Assembly (NCBI RefSeq): GCF_009914755.1
Contig: NC_060925.1
Length of the DNA: 64,000 nucleotides
Reading direction: 5' to 3' (one strand)
Source of the DNA: the human T2T-CHM13v2.0 reference genome, Homo sapiens
The stretch's first letter is position 1, and each line of letters begins with the position of its first letter. Both the position numbers and the translations under genes were made by a program. The notes beneath the pieces are model-generated. The model was not told the origin of the DNA. It ran no database searches and was given only the letters and a program-made list of their open reading frames with translations. Below, piece by piece: positions 29,427-44,914 of the stretch.

Positions 29427-29745
29427 GGCCAGGCGCGGTGGTTCATGCCTGTAATCCCAGCACTTTGGGAGGCCGAGGTGGGTGGATCACGAGGTCAGGA
29501 GATCGAGACCATCCTGGCTAACATGGTGAAACCCCGTCTCTACGAAAAATACAAACAAAAAATTAGCCAGGCGTGGTGGCGGGCACCTGTAGTCCCAGCT
29601 ACTCAGGAGGCTGAGGCAGGAGAATGGCGTGAACCTGGGAAGTGGAGCTGGCAGTGAGCCAAGATCGGGCCACTGCACTCTAGCCTGGGTGACAGAGCGA
29701 GACTCCGTCTCAAAATAAATAAATAAATAAAATAAAATAAAATAA
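29427..29745 (+). mobile_element. AluY with (TAAA)n tail
   Basis: GAGATCGAGACCATCCTGGCTAAC, AGAATGGCGTGAAC. Confidence 0.9.
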
Positions 29746-30104
29746 AGTTAACACCCCTCACCCCCAAAGAACAATGTGTGTTCTCCCCAGACATCCCTTT
29801 ATTAAAATATGCAGAGAAAGTGTAGGATAAAAGAGCATATGCTAAACTCCTCAGAATGTGTGTCTGGAAGTGGACAGGGGAATGGGAGTGGGATGAACAG
29901 AGAAAAGAAGGAAAGACAGTAAGGGCCTTGCTGAGAGCAGCCACCATAATGTGCCCTGAGCTAAGGTACATGATTACCTTCTTCCTGTGCACCTGAGATC
30001 TAAGAGAATATATTAACAAATCAGGGATATGGAATTTCAAAAACACTACGGGAAAACAACAAATTTACCCAAACAGAACAGTCTACTTAAGAAAGGCAGG
30101 AAGA

Positions 30105-30460
<356 letters not shown>

Positions 30461-30585
30461 TCATACAATGAGGTGGTGGGAATGAGACTAACTATGCCCA
30501 TCATCTCCAACATAACACTAATTACTGCTAATTATAATGGATCTAAGTCTCTCATATTGGATAGAAAAGGAAATGCGGACTCTAA

Positions 30586-31262
<677 letters not shown>

Positions 31263-31280
31263 AAAAGCAGTGCACATTAT

Positions 31281-31592
31281 CTTTAGCAAGCTAACACAGA
31301 AACAGAAAACCAAACACCGTGTGTTCTCACTTATAACTGGGAGCTGAATGCGAGAACACATGGATAAATGGGGTTAGGGGGCAAGGACAACAGACACTGG
31401 AGCCTGTTGGAGGGTGGGGGTTGGGAGGAGGGAGAGCATCAGGAAGAGTAGCTAATGGATGCTGGGCTTAGTACCTGGGTGATGGGATGATCTGTGCATC
31501 AAACCACCATGACACAGGTTTACCTATGAGACAAACCTGCACATCCTGCACATGTACCCCTGAACTTAAAATAAAAGTTGGAAATAAAAAAT
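31281..31592 (+). mobile_element. L1P 3' end
   Basis: GTGTTCTCACTTATAACTGGGAGCTGAATG...ACAAACCTGCACATCCTGCACATGTACCCCTGAACTTAAAATAAAAG. Confidence 0.9.
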
Positions 31593-32462
31593 GTAAAAAG
31601 GAAAGAAAATAAACAACAACAACAAAAAGGACGGTGCAAATCTATACCATGCTCATTAGAAACAAAAGAATGAGGGTGAAAACATGAATATCCGACAAAA
31701 GTAAACAGCAAAAGAACGCTTTATGTTAACTAGAGGAGTAATATCCTAGCATCTACCTAGAATCAAATGGAACTGTTTTTCCCTGAACTGGCCTCCTTGG
31801 GTGGCCGACCAGGGCCAGGTGAAGAGAAGAATTCTGGGAGTGAAACGTCCATTTATTCCCTCTTGTTTTGGTCTCTGTAAGGCATAAGAAGTTAAAAGCA
31901 AGATCTGATCCCTGGCGTTTTCCAGGAACTCAAAAGAGGTGTAGGAGGAGAGAAGCTCAATTATCACCCTGGTCTCCTGGAGTATCCCAGGCACAGTCCC
32001 AGGAGTTCAGCTTTTCATACTCGAGTTCCTGGGTCCTGAAGGCCTTTTTGGGGAAAGTACTGATGTTCGTGTCAAGGTTGGGAAGAAAGGGTTTGGGAGG
32101 AACCAAGCAACAGGGAGGCAAAGAGAAGACATCAACAAGCGAGGCAAGAACTTTCCACAGGCTCACACTGGATACAGGACCAGAGACAAGAAGCTGGGTG
32201 AGTTTCTGATATTTTCCTACAGAGGTTTGTTATGCAGTTGCTTCAGAGCCTACTCAGAATAAGGCTTTTTCAAGTCAGCTCTTTTAATGTGAAGCCATAA
32301 CTTTGTGGTATTGCCTGATGGCAATTCTCCACTGCGAGCCATTGCTCTAGGTGTCTTTTTTGTTTGTCACATCTTGCAAAGAGAACACGGTGAAAATCTT
32401 GACTCCTGTTCCCAAGTCTGTGTCTTAACTCTTTCCAAGGCTGCACAGCTCGGGGTCAGGAG

Positions 32463-32533
32463 GCGTTGGCAGTTCAGTGGTACAATTCTCGCCTCCCACC
32501 CGGGAGACCTGGATTCCATTTCCGGCAAATGCA
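32463..32533 (+). pseudogene. tRNA-Gly(CCC) pseudogene / degenerate tRNA
   Basis: GCGTTGGCAGTTCAGTGGTACAATTCTCGCCTCCCACCCGGGAGACCTGGATTCCATTTCCGGCAAATGCA (71 nt); anticodon CCC at 32495-32497; mismatches in the acceptor stem, position 8, D-arm and B-box region versus Gly-CCC. Confidence 0.85.
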
Positions 32534-32590
32534 GCGTCCTGTCTTTGTGCCCTGTGGTTTTTACATTTACTTACTGTGCCGCGCTAATAA

Positions 32591-32965
<375 letters not shown>

Positions 32966-33203
32966 CGGAGAGGAATTTATCTAAGCCGAGACTTTGCAGA
33001 GACTGTCTTTGAAGCAGCCAGTGGGTCTGCTTGGTCTCTGCGTTTCTACGTATTTGGCCCTAAAACCGGCGCGACTTTATCGTCTCTGCTGTCGGATCCC
33101 TGCAATACAAAGAGGTACCTGGTCACTGATTCTCTACTTGGACCTTGGATAGACCATTAGACCACATCTCGCGATGGAGTGCGGCTCAAGAAATGACATT
33201 CCC

Positions 33204-33694
<491 letters not shown>

Positions 33695-33985
33695 TCATTT
33701 CTATCAGCCCTGTTTGTTTTACACTCCACCAGGCAAATCTTCCGTCCACAGGATTCTTTTTAATACTTCTCTTTAAGCAGTGTGGTGGGGAGGCCATGGC
33801 AATCATTAGCTCTGGAGGCCTGAGGAGGACACTCTGAAGAGGAAAGCCCCGCGATCATCCGGTTTCACCCCTGTTTTCATCTACTCTTTTCCTCAGCGAA
33901 GCCTATATGGGTTCCCGATGTCACATCGCAGCTACCGCATTGGAGGGTTAAGAGCCGCTGACAAATCTCTTTCGGGAAGGGGTAA

Positions 33986-34446
<461 letters not shown>

Positions 34447-34579
34447 GGTTTACCATTTTTTACAGTTCCCGTAAGCCATGTTTTCTTCTCGCTTCTACAG
34501 TTCTTCCAGGATTGAGTTTCAGGAGCTGGTCAGCAGTCCAGGCTAGTTCAACATCCTGGTTCAAAATCGTTTGTCTGGT

Positions 34580-35180
34580 TTTGCTACTAGGGTGAAGCTT
34601 GCCTCCTAGACCAGAGTTAAGACGTGTTCCCTCGGCTTCTGTTTTCTAGAGAGAATTGATATAGTTTCTTCCTTAAGTGTTTGGTTGTGAAACCATCTAG
34701 ACCTGGCGCTTTGTTCTGGAAGGTTATTAATTGTTGCTTCAATTTCGTCAATAGATAGAGACCTATTTAGTGTATCTATTTCTCCTTGTAGAGTTTTGGT
34801 CAACTTTATCTTTCAAGTAGTTGATCCAATTCATCGAAGTTATCAAATTTGTGAGCAGAGAATTGTGCATAATAGTCCTCTACTATGCTTTTAATGTCCA
34901 CGAGATCAGAAGTGAGGGTCATTGTTTTCTTTCTCATATTAGTAATTTGTATCTTCTCATTGTTTCTTGGTTCACCAGCTAAAGGTTTATCAATTTTATC
35001 GGTCCTTTCAAAGAACACTCTTCAGGTTTTTTTGACTTTTTTCTATTGATTTCTGGTTTTCAATTTCCTTGATTTCTGCTCTAGTGTTTATTGTTTCTTG
35101 TCTTCCACTCACTTTGGACTTAATTTGCTCTTGTTTTCTTTGAGTTTCCTAAAGTGTAAGTTTGGATTATTGATTTTAGA
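34580..35180 (-). mobile_element. L1M ORF2 fragment
   Basis: Translates to FFERTDKIDKPLA...KIQITN...YYAQFSAHKFDNFDELDQLLE, which is L1 ORF2-like. Confidence 0.85.
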
Positions 35181-35289
35181 TCTTTATTTGTAATATTTAA
35201 TTTTTAAAATCCATGATTATTTTACTTTCTGTGCAATAATTTTTTTAGTGTACTATAATTTTTGTTCTTGTTAAAATCTCAGTTTTTTG

Positions 35290-36350
35290 TTGTGTACCAA
35301 GGGTACAAGTGTAGCATTGTTACATGGGTATATTGGGTCCAGATAGTTTGCATAGTACCCAATAGCTAGTTTTTCAACCCACTCTCCCTCCCTCCCTACC
35401 TACCTCATGGTAGTCCACAGTGTCTATAGTTCTCAAGTTTATGTCCATGTGAGCTCAATATTTAGGTCCCATTCCTAAGTGAGAACATTCAGTATTTCAT
35501 TTTCTGTTTCCGCATTAGTTTCTTCCAGATTATGGCCTCCTGTTCTATCCATGTTATTGCAAAAGACATGATTTCATTCTTTTTTATGGGTGTGCAGTAT
35601 TCCATGTTGTGTATGTACCACATTTTCTTTATTTAATCCACCATTGATGGGCACCTAGTTTGACTCCATGTCTTTGCTATTGTGAATAGCCTGGTGGTGA
35701 TCATAGGAGCGCATGTGTCTTTTTGTTTTAATGATTTACATTCCTTTGGGTATATACCCAGTAATGAGATTACTGGTTGAAAAACAGCTCTGTTGTAGGT
35801 TCTTTGAGAAATCTCCAAATTGCTTTCCACAGAGACTGAACTAATTTACATTCACTCCAAGTGTTTATATGCTTTCTCTCCACAGCCTTATCAGCATCTG
35901 TTGGTTTTTGACTTTTTAATAATGGCCATTCTGAGTGGTGTGAGATGGTATCTCATTGTAGCTTTGACTTGCATTTCTCTGATTATTAGTGATGATGAGC
36001 ATTTATTCCTGTGTTTGCTGGCTGCTTGTATGTCTTCTTTTAAGAAGTGCCTGTTCATGTCACCTTGCCCACTTTGTAATGGGATTATTTTTTTTCTTGC
36101 TGATTTTTTAAAGTTCCTAATAGGTTTTGGACATTAGACCTTTGTCAGATTCACAGTTTGTGAACATTTTCTCCCATTCTGTAGGTGGTCTGTTGACCCT
36201 GTTGATGGTTTCTTTTACTGTGCAGAAGCTCTCTCATTGAATTAGGTCCTACTTGTGAATTTTTGTTTTTGCTACAATTGCTTTTGTGGACTTGGCCATA
36301 AATTCTTTGCCACGGCTGATGTTGAGAATGATATTTCCTAGGTTTTCTTC
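35290..36350 (-). mobile_element. L1P 3' region
   Basis: ORF2 C-terminus (LLGIYPKE...DTC...LFTIAKTW) and 3' UTR on the reverse strand. Confidence 0.88.
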
Positions 36351-37669
36351 TACACTTTTTCTGCTTTGAGGTCCCAGTATATATTGTGTCATTGCAAATG
36401 ACAACCAACCACAGACTAATCATTACAAGCCAAGAAAGGGAACTTATTGGTGACCAGGAAAAATGTCCAACAAATGAAAATTAGTAAAAGACATTCCTGG
36501 GTGTCTTTTTCTGTAAAGTGTGGGGCATTGTTGTCTATAGAGTTCAGCAAACTTTTTCTGTAAAGGGCCAGGGAGATAGGAAATATTCTAGGCTTGTGAG
36601 CCAAGAGGCAAAATTAAGGATATTATGTAGGTGCACATATAACCAGGAAGAAGGCAAATTTCTATACCATTTTCATTGATGAGATTCTAAACTAACAATA
36701 GTAACTGAGTAGAACTTCTCAGGTGGTAAATGTTCTTTGCATTGAGAGCCTAGGCTCAACTTTCCTAGGCTCCCTGGTACAGCCCTCCCTTTCCACCCCT
36801 CAGGCTGTTTCCCTCCCTGTTTTCCTCAGAAGAAGAGTTCCAAACAAAAGATCTACTACCCTGAGAAGCGGTGAAGTGCTCCTGGGGCCCACCAAGGCCA
36901 CACAAGTCAAGGAGTGGATGGCCTTGCCCCAGCTATGGCTCAGATCACCTTTGCAGGATGACATCTTGTTGGGAGATGGTCATCAGAGACAGGGCCATGG
37001 AAGACGCTGTCAGGAGGAGGTGAGAGGACTGGTGCCCAGGGGGAGAAGTGGCCAAGCACCTCTGCATTCAGCCTCACAAAAATCTCAAGGGGATGTAGAA
37101 ATGGGGACAGGGTGAATGGAAAACTCTAGCAAGGTTTTGGGGCCCTGAGCTGATCTCTGTTTTTCTTCCTACAACCTGCAGCACATGCTATTTTCTCACC
37201 TCTGTGGATGGAAACACCACCCTTCCATATGCTCAGTCTAAAAATCTTTGAGTTTTCTTTGACTGCTGATCTTTCCTTCACATCCTATAGCTGTTTAGTC
37301 AAGAATTCACATTATGCTGGGCAATCAGGTGTTGTCCTTAATCGACACCATCCTTTTCACCCCGCCCCCCCCAGTTAATAAAACTTGTAAAGTCATTCTC
37401 CTGATAATAGGATTTCCATGAAATTGCACAATTTTAATCCTTCCTGGATGCATGACTCACGTAAGAGCACTGCTTTTGTTTACTACCATTTTCCCCTATT
37501 TTTATTTCATACCTGTTTGACCCGCACTCTTTCCCATAAGCCAGGCACTTCGGCTCAGGTGTGCTTTCCTAATTGTAGAATGAGCAATAATAGCAGCCTT
37601 GCTAACTTCTTCCTGGCCCCACCACCAGGCAAATGTCATAGGATTTAATAGGTAAAGAATCATAGGATT

Positions 37670-37840
37670 GCCAGGCGCAGTGGCTCACACCTGTAATCCC
37701 AGCACTTTGGGAGGCCGAGGCAGGAGTATCGTTTGAACCCGGGAGGCAGAGGTTGCAGTGAGCCTAGATCATGCCACTGCACTCCAGCCTGGGCAACAAG
37801 AACTAAACTCTGTCTCAAAAAAAAAAAAAAAAAAAAAAAA
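37670..37840 (+). mobile_element. Monomer-length Alu (left-arm start joined to right-arm end) with A tail
   Basis: GCCAGGCGCAGTGGCTCAC...GAGGCCGAGGCAGGAG...TGAACCCGGGAGGCAGAGG. Confidence 0.85.
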
Positions 37841-37869
37841 GGAATCTTAGGCTCGTCCCTATTGCTTGG

Positions 37870-38263
37870 TGTTATAAAATGAATTGTTTTCCCCTGAATT
37901 TATATGTTGAAAGCTTAACCCCCAACTTGACTGTATTTAGATATAGAGTCTTTAAGGAGGTAATTAAGGTTAATTAGACCATACAAGTGGGGCCCTAATC
38001 TGGTCAGAATGGTGTCCATATAAGAAGAGGAAGGGCATCAAAGAATCTCTCTCTTTCTCCACACAGGCACAGAGGAAAGGCTATGGGAGCACAAAGCAAG
38101 AAAGTGGCCTTCTGCAAGCCAGGAAGAGAGGCCTCCCCAGAAACCAACTCTACCAGCACATCGATCTTGGACTTTTGGCCTCTAGAACATTGAGAAAATA
38201 AAAGTCTGCTGTTAAACCACCCAACCTTTGGTATCTTTCTATGGCAGCCTGAGCTGACTAACA
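37870..38263 (+). mobile_element. MaLR LTR (MLT1A/MST-like)
   Basis: GAGGTAATTAAGGTT...GGGCCCTAATC...GCCTTCTGCAAGCCAGGAAGAGAGGCC...ATGGCAGCCTGAGCTGACTAACAC. Confidence 0.8.
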
Positions 38264-39984
38264 CCCTTGGTAGGTGGGCAGCATTCACCTTATTGGGCTA
38301 CATGATGAGAAGTTAAAGTAACTTTAGCAATAGGCACCATTTGATTTCATTGTATAGATATTGTGTCTTTTGCACTGATTTTGCCTTTTTTAGTTGTGTG
38401 TATATTGATGCCTGGGCCTAGCATTACAAGACTAGTCGAAATGGGAAGAAAGAAAAGAAAGTGGGAAAGATACCAAGTTCCATAATTGCATCCTCTACCC
38501 ACATCCAGTTCTTAGAATCTTTTCCAATGGAGACTGCACCTTGTGTACACTCAAATTCAATCTGAGCGCACAATCATTTAGACAACCAAGGCAACTTTTC
38601 CAATTTTCAGCATCACACGCTTGGGAAAACAAGTATTTCAATCACTAATTTAAATATTCATTGAGGTAATTATTCTGAGGTTGATGAAAAATATGGTGTA
38701 TCCATGTACTGTTGCCTTCTCCTGGGTCAAGAATGTTGTCTTTACTCTGCTGGCTCACATTTGACCAGAAATTGGAGTCCCAGCAAATCTTACTAGCCAC
38801 TCAGGAAGCCTATTTTAAGATAGTCCCAATCTCAAACTTGTTCTAAGACTTGTATGCTGACTGAGGAGAAAGAGCCTCATGACAAAAATTCAACTAGAGC
38901 TGTGGGTGACAGTTGTGTGTCTCACTACTGGTCTGGGCCCAGGTTTCCCGTGAGCACCTAATGAATAGACTCATTTGCAGGGATCGTCAAGATGCTCACT
39001 ATGTCTACCTCATAGCCTCAAAAGAAGTGATCAGCTAACAGAATTTGTGTAGTATCCTGAAGGGAAATTAATCCAGATATAGAGGAAAAGATAAGGATTT
39101 TTTAAAACAGACATGTGATTCAACAGTTGTTTAAGATGCAGAAAGCTGTAAGAGACAGTTGTTCCCACTCTAATGACAAGAAAAAGCTGTATGGTCTGCA
39201 AAATCATACGTGCTTTGATCCCACCAGAGAGCTGAAGTTGCAAGGCCCCTGAGTCAGCTGAAGTCCAAAGCGTGAGAAAACCCCCTATAGAAGGACAAAC
39301 ACATGAAGCAGTTCATCTTTGACAGATAATGGAAGGAAAAGATGGCAGCCATAAATGTTCATTGGAGAAAATCACTGAAGATTTCATCATTTCTTAAAGG
39401 CCAAGTGTGAACTATTGTGACAGATTAGAAACTCTGAGAGTCCCAGATACATAGCATGGTTTTGCCCATTTGCTGGGTCCTTCCTCCCACATCCTTAGTG
39501 CTGACAAGACACATGTAACAGGGAAAGAGGATTTCTCAAGCTTGCCACAGTGGCGTAGGCATAAAAGTCATGATCACATGATCGACCACCACCAGAGTAC
39601 AGGCACAAAACCTGGTTGCTTCTCACATAAAACAAAAGGCATCTACCACTGATGTTGGAGCTAGGAACTCGTCCAACCCTTGGCCCCAGGGATAGGGCAA
39701 CTGCTGAGGTAGGGTTAGACAGAAAAACTGTCTGTATTGGACAAGGGGAGGAGACTTGCTCTTGCCCAAGACTTCCCATCATTGAAAGGTAGTGTTCCGC
39801 TACCCCAAGGGGATGTCAGAGGAACACTAGGACCCAGGTATCCATGGCCTGAGGCTTGATACACATTCAGTGCAATCAGTAATGTGAGTTGGTTTCGACC
39901 AATCATTTGAGTTGGTTGCAGACCCTTTCCTCTAATGAGGAAAAACTGTGATGTGGGTACAAAGTTTCCACGTTCAGAAAGATT

Positions 39985-39996
39985 GGCCTTGTCCTT
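39985..39996 (+). repeat. Left copy of 12-bp target-site duplication GGCCTTGTCCTT
   Basis: Identical to 49538-49549; abuts the 23-nt T tract at 39995-40017. Confidence 0.93.
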
Positions 39997-42090
39997 TTTT
40001 TTTTTTTTTTTTTTTTTGCGTGAAAGTTCCTTCTTAAATACTGACAGCAAGTTTAGAGCCCATCTCAGATCCCTGGCTGTGCTCCATCAGCCCAACAGCC
40101 ACAGACCCAAAATTCAAAGTAGCCATGCGCCCCGAGAGCCCAACCTGCCTGGCCACGCACAGGCCAGCCATGGTCCCAGGAGTGGGCGTGTGCCCCCGAC
40201 ACCACACAGCTGTGTCCCTCCCTTCCATCCCCCACCCACAGGCAGAGCTGGAAAGATCAGCACCACGGAGAGAGACGAGCATGGCCAGTCCCAGGTCCCC
40301 AGGCCGCCCTGCCTACCTGCCCCATCCCTCCCGCACTGTCCCCTCAGAGCTGGGTCCTGGGCTGAGACTCCCCAAACTGTGACCTTCAAGGCTTCTCACA
40401 CAGCTCACCCCAGCCTCACGGCCTCCAGCTCTGCCGCTCACTGTCCCCACCACACTCTCCCTGGACCCCCACCCCTCCAGCTGCTGGGGCAGGAAATCAA
40501 GCCTCCGACTGACCCTCCTGGTGGGACCCCTGAAGAGAAAGGCGTGTAAGGGGGACTCTGTGCACACCTGCGTAAGAGGGACTCTGCACACCTGCAGAAC
40601 CGCCCATCCCTGGAGCCCGGCCTGCAGTCACCGTCGAGAGGAGAGGCCTGGAGCACAGAGTGGATCCTGGGGCATGGGGACTTTGCCGTTGGCAGAACAC
40701 GCACCCTGGGGGGAAGGGCCCTGGCTCCATCGTGCCCAGCAAGTACCTGGCCCATATCAGGGACATATGAGTGAAGAACAGACCACCTGGTCCAGTCCCC
40801 ACTTGCCTGAGGACAGCAGCCCAGACCCCCATGAATGATGAAAGTCCTTCTCTGGGTTGAGCTGAAACCTCCCTTCCTTATCTCCCACCCATGTCCCCCG
40901 TCCCCCTGGGAAAGTCTGCGGTATCCAAGGGCAGCCCTGGGCTCCTTCAGCTCTCCAGTCCCCATGGTGAAAGATCCGCAGAGAGGCCAACCCTCCCTTG
41001 GGTCGGCTATGCCAGGCGGGCATATGAGAGGCCCCAGGCGTCTGCAACGCTGGCCCGATGCCCATCCAGTGAGCCAGCCCCATGCTGCTTCTATCCAGGG
41101 AGTCTCTGGATTTGGGCTCCTCAGGCAGCAGAGCACACATGGAGACGCGGAGACCCCAGAGAAGACCCCACAGGACTGGAGCCCAAGGCCAGGGTCAGCC
41201 TCCCAAGCACAGCACAGCCAAGCCCCAGGTCTCACGCCCGGGCAGTGTGGACCCTCACCCCGCACAGAATCAGGGGACCCTGGGGGCTCTCAGTGGGCCC
41301 AGTTCTGCCCCCCAGTCCAGGAGAGTGTTAAGAACCCTGAAATGCAGGAAGGAGGCAGAGAGGGAGGGGGGAGACACAGAGAAAGAGAGCGGGGGCATGG
41401 GCCAGGCCCTCCATAAGGACCCAGCCAGGGGCGTGTGCTGAAGAGGGGGCCAGGATCCCACCCTATCAGAGCAGCACCTCCTCAGGCTGTTACATCCCCA
41501 GCATGGCTGCCAGGCCTGTCCCCACGGACATGGAGGCCCGATGGGAGGCCACTGTCAGGAAGGGGCACCAGAGCTTGGTCACAGGGTCCTAGATCAGCAG
41601 CCACCCGCCACCGCCCCACCTGGTCCTCACAGCCACACCACATGGACTGCACGTGGGCCAGGGCCCTGCATTGTGGGGTGGAGTTGGTGGGTTCTCACTG
41701 ACACGAGGGGGGCTGTGGAGCCCCCAGTCAGGCAATGCCTGGAGTGATCCCAGCCCCAGCCCCAGAACACGGGGGCTCTCCCTGCTTTCCAGGGACTTGT
41801 CAGAACTCAGCCCCCGCTCCACCGGTTCCAGCCACACTAGGGGTGAGGGAGGGAGGGTCAGGGCCTACAAAGGCCATTTCCAGCCTCTGGTAGGGAAAGG
41901 GAGAGAATGTCTGGCAAACCCCAGCCCGACCCGGCACTGGAGGTCGGGGTGCTGCACCTCCCGCAGGGCTGCAGTCCAAGGACCCCAGGCTGAAGCAGAG
42001 CCTGTGGCAGAAGAGTCCCGTCACAGCATGGACACACCCAGCTCGGTCCATGCTCCAACGTGTCCTGGCCCCTCGGGCACAGTGTCTCTT

Positions 42091-42769
42091 GTCACCTGTG
42101 TTCAGACACAGCGTCAGGTCGCCTTGTGGGAAGGCAGCGTCTCTGGGCTGTCACCTGTTTTCAGACACAGCGTCAGGTCGCCTTGCGGGAAGGCAGCGTC
42201 TCTGGGCTGTCACCTGTGTTCAGACACAGCGTCAGGTCGCCTTGCGGGAAGGCAGCGTCTCTGGGCTGTCACCTGTGTTCAGACACAGCGTCAGGTCGCC
42301 TTGCGGGAAGGCAGCGTCTCTGGGCTGTCACCTGTTTTCAGACACAGCGTCAGGTCGCCTTGCGGGAAGGCAGCGTCTCTGGGCTGTCACCTGTGTTCAG
42401 ACACAGCGTCAGGTCGCCTTGCGGGAAGGCAGCGTCTCTGGGCTGTCACCTGTGTTCAGACACAGCGTCAGGTCGCCTTGCGGGAAGGCAGCGTCTCTGG
42501 GCTGTCACCTGTGTTCAGACACAGCGTCAGGTCGCCTTGCGGGAAGGCAGCGTCTCTGGGCTGTCACCTGTGTTCAGACACAGCGTCAGGTCGCCTTGCG
42601 GGAAGGCAGCGTCTCTGGGCTGTCACCTGTTTTCAGACACAGCGTCAGGTCGCCTTGCGGGAAGGCAGCGTCTCTGGGCTGTCACCTGTGTTCAGACACA
42701 GCGTCAGGTCGCCTTGTGGGAAGGCAGCGTCTCTGGGCTGTCACCTGTGTTCAGACACAGCATCAGGTC
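42091..42769. repeat. 59-bp VNTR minisatellite, ~11.5 copies
   Basis: Unit GTCACCTGTGTTCAGACACAGCGTCAGGTCGCCTTGCGGGAAGGCAGCGTCTCTGGGCT starting at 42091, 42150, ... 42740; only single-base variants. Confidence 0.97.
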
Positions 42770-44914
42770 ATCCCTGAGCCGCACACTTGCACATGGGCTG
42801 CTGCTCCCCTGGGTGGACCCTCCTTGCCCATGGGGACCCTCTGTGGGGCCCTGAGCTGGGCCTGGCTTCTCCCTGAGAAGTGCCTGCCACCATCTGAATC
42901 GGCCTGCGTCCACAAAGCCCAAAAGAACAGGAGGCCACAGTGGTTGCCCAGGAAGCTCAGGGTCAGCAGTGCCTCGGCCCCTGAGCTCCGCTGACCAGAC
43001 TGCCTCCTGGTGCAGCGGCCACACACCCACACACCCTCTCTTCAACCCACAGGAGGCCGGGTCCAGGGAGAAAGCTGGGCTCTAATTACATGTCCTGGAA
43101 AGAAATCCCAGTTTAATTTAGACTAAAACAAGAAGCCGTGGTTGGAAAGCTCCCCCGGAGAGCCACCTGCCTGAGCCAGGATGTGTTTCTCTGATGTCCC
43201 CAAGGGCCATGGAGGGTAGCACCAGACTGGAGCCACAACAGGGGTGGGGACGCCCAGGGCTTTGGGGTTCTGGGGGCCCTGACTTGTCACCCTGCCCATG
43301 TCCCTGACCCCCAGGTGCAACCAGCCCCACAGGGCCAGAGGCTTGACAGGGGCTTCCTGAGGGGCCCGGGAGGGCAGAGGCAGTGACGTGGGGACAGGAC
43401 TGGGAGCATGGACGCACGTGAGACTGGCTGGGGCACGGAAGGGGAAAGGCACCTGCGCCGATGGGTGACAGACTCCGGAGGCACCACGGGGCTTCCCGTG
43501 GGCTCTACCTTTTCTGGGTGTCAGAGCCCACCTGCCACGTTCTCCAGCGCCACTCCCTGGTACAAACCCTCACCACTCCCACCTGGATCACTGCTTCCGG
43601 CTCCCACTCTCCTTCCCTACCGTCTACACTGTGCCCCCAGCACCCATCACGAGTCAATTGGGCCACACCTGTGCTCAGAGCCCTCCAACGCCCGAGCCAA
43701 GGCCCCCCTGCCCCCACCACCCTCCCAGCCTCTCCCCTGCTGGAGCTGCTCCCCAGGGGCCACCCCACCCCAGTGGAAGGACACACTACACCCCGACTGC
43801 CCTGCAACACTCACTGCCTGCCTCGCCCAGGAGGACGCAGCCTCTGAGAGGGCAGGAACGGCCTGTGTTGTGCACTACTGTGTCCCCAGCAACTGGAACA
43901 GGGACGAGGAGGTAGTAGCTGCGCTCGACGAGCCCCTTCCTAAGGAATGAGTGAATGGATGACAAGGGGACAAAGAAGGGGTGGATGGAGGGTGGGGCAG
44001 GGGGAGTGAGAGGCTGGGGCAGCGGATGGAGGGGCTTCTAGTCCACGCACTCACTCACTCGCTCCCTCTCCCTCTGTCTCACTTCGCACCCCACCTTGGC
44101 TGATGGACGTGCTTCCAAATTCAGTGGAAACTTGGACACAGTTAGAGGACTTCCACGCCACCCTTCCTGCATCTGCTGGTCTATGCAGATGCACAGGCCC
44201 GCACTCCCGGAGGTCCTGGACTCTGCTTCCCTCACGGCTCCAGGGCTGTCCCCTTTCTGTCCACACTGTCCACTTGTCCTTCCCTCCTGGACTATGCACG
44301 TGGCATGGACGGGCTGTAAACCCCCAACTTCATAAAACTCTCCTGGCCTCCATCTCCCTCCTGCCCCTGCCCCTGTCACTCTGCCTCACTTTGCTGCAAA
44401 ACTCTCTAAAAGACAAGCATTGCCTACAGGTGCCCACCACAACCCCTCTCCTCCCATTCCCAGCAAGCCCTCACCCCCACCACATGGCTGGACCAGCTCC
44501 TGCCTCAGACCCACGGGGCGCAGTGCACAGCCTTGGGTCCTCTCGTGGCCTCTGCAGAGGCCTCTGCATGCTCTTCCTTCCCAGAACACCGTCTACGCCA
44601 GGCACACCTCCGCTGCTCCGCCAACCTCACCGCCAGCTGCCACTTGTAAGTCCAGGTGCCCTGGTCTCCATCACAGGGCAGCTCTTCCTCCACACTTCCC
44701 ATTCCCTGGGGATCCTGGGTGGTCTCAAGCTCTGAAGATGACTGGGACACCCATGTCCCTCGAATCACCACCTCCAGCCATACCTCTTCCCAGGCTGCTA
44801 GATGGCTCACCCCTCACGCTCTCCAGTCCTTCCTCTGAAGACCCTATGCAAAGTGGCACCTCCAGGCCTGCAACCTGCATGCTTTATCTCATTTCACATG
44901 TGGGGAAAAAAAGC

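Noticed and set aside
31928-32198. Possible plus-strand exon (TTTCCAG acceptor, GTGAGT donor)
   Set aside because: No recognisable homology or partner exons; cannot be supported from sequence alone.
42091-42769. CRISPR-like array
   Set aside because: Units are head-to-tail with no unique spacers, and the DNA is human; it is a minisatellite.
41653-42994. Long ORFs of 374, 314 and 264 aa
   Set aside because: All three frames are open only because the 59-bp unit has no stop on the + strand; they are antisense to the retrocopy and have no recognisable homology.
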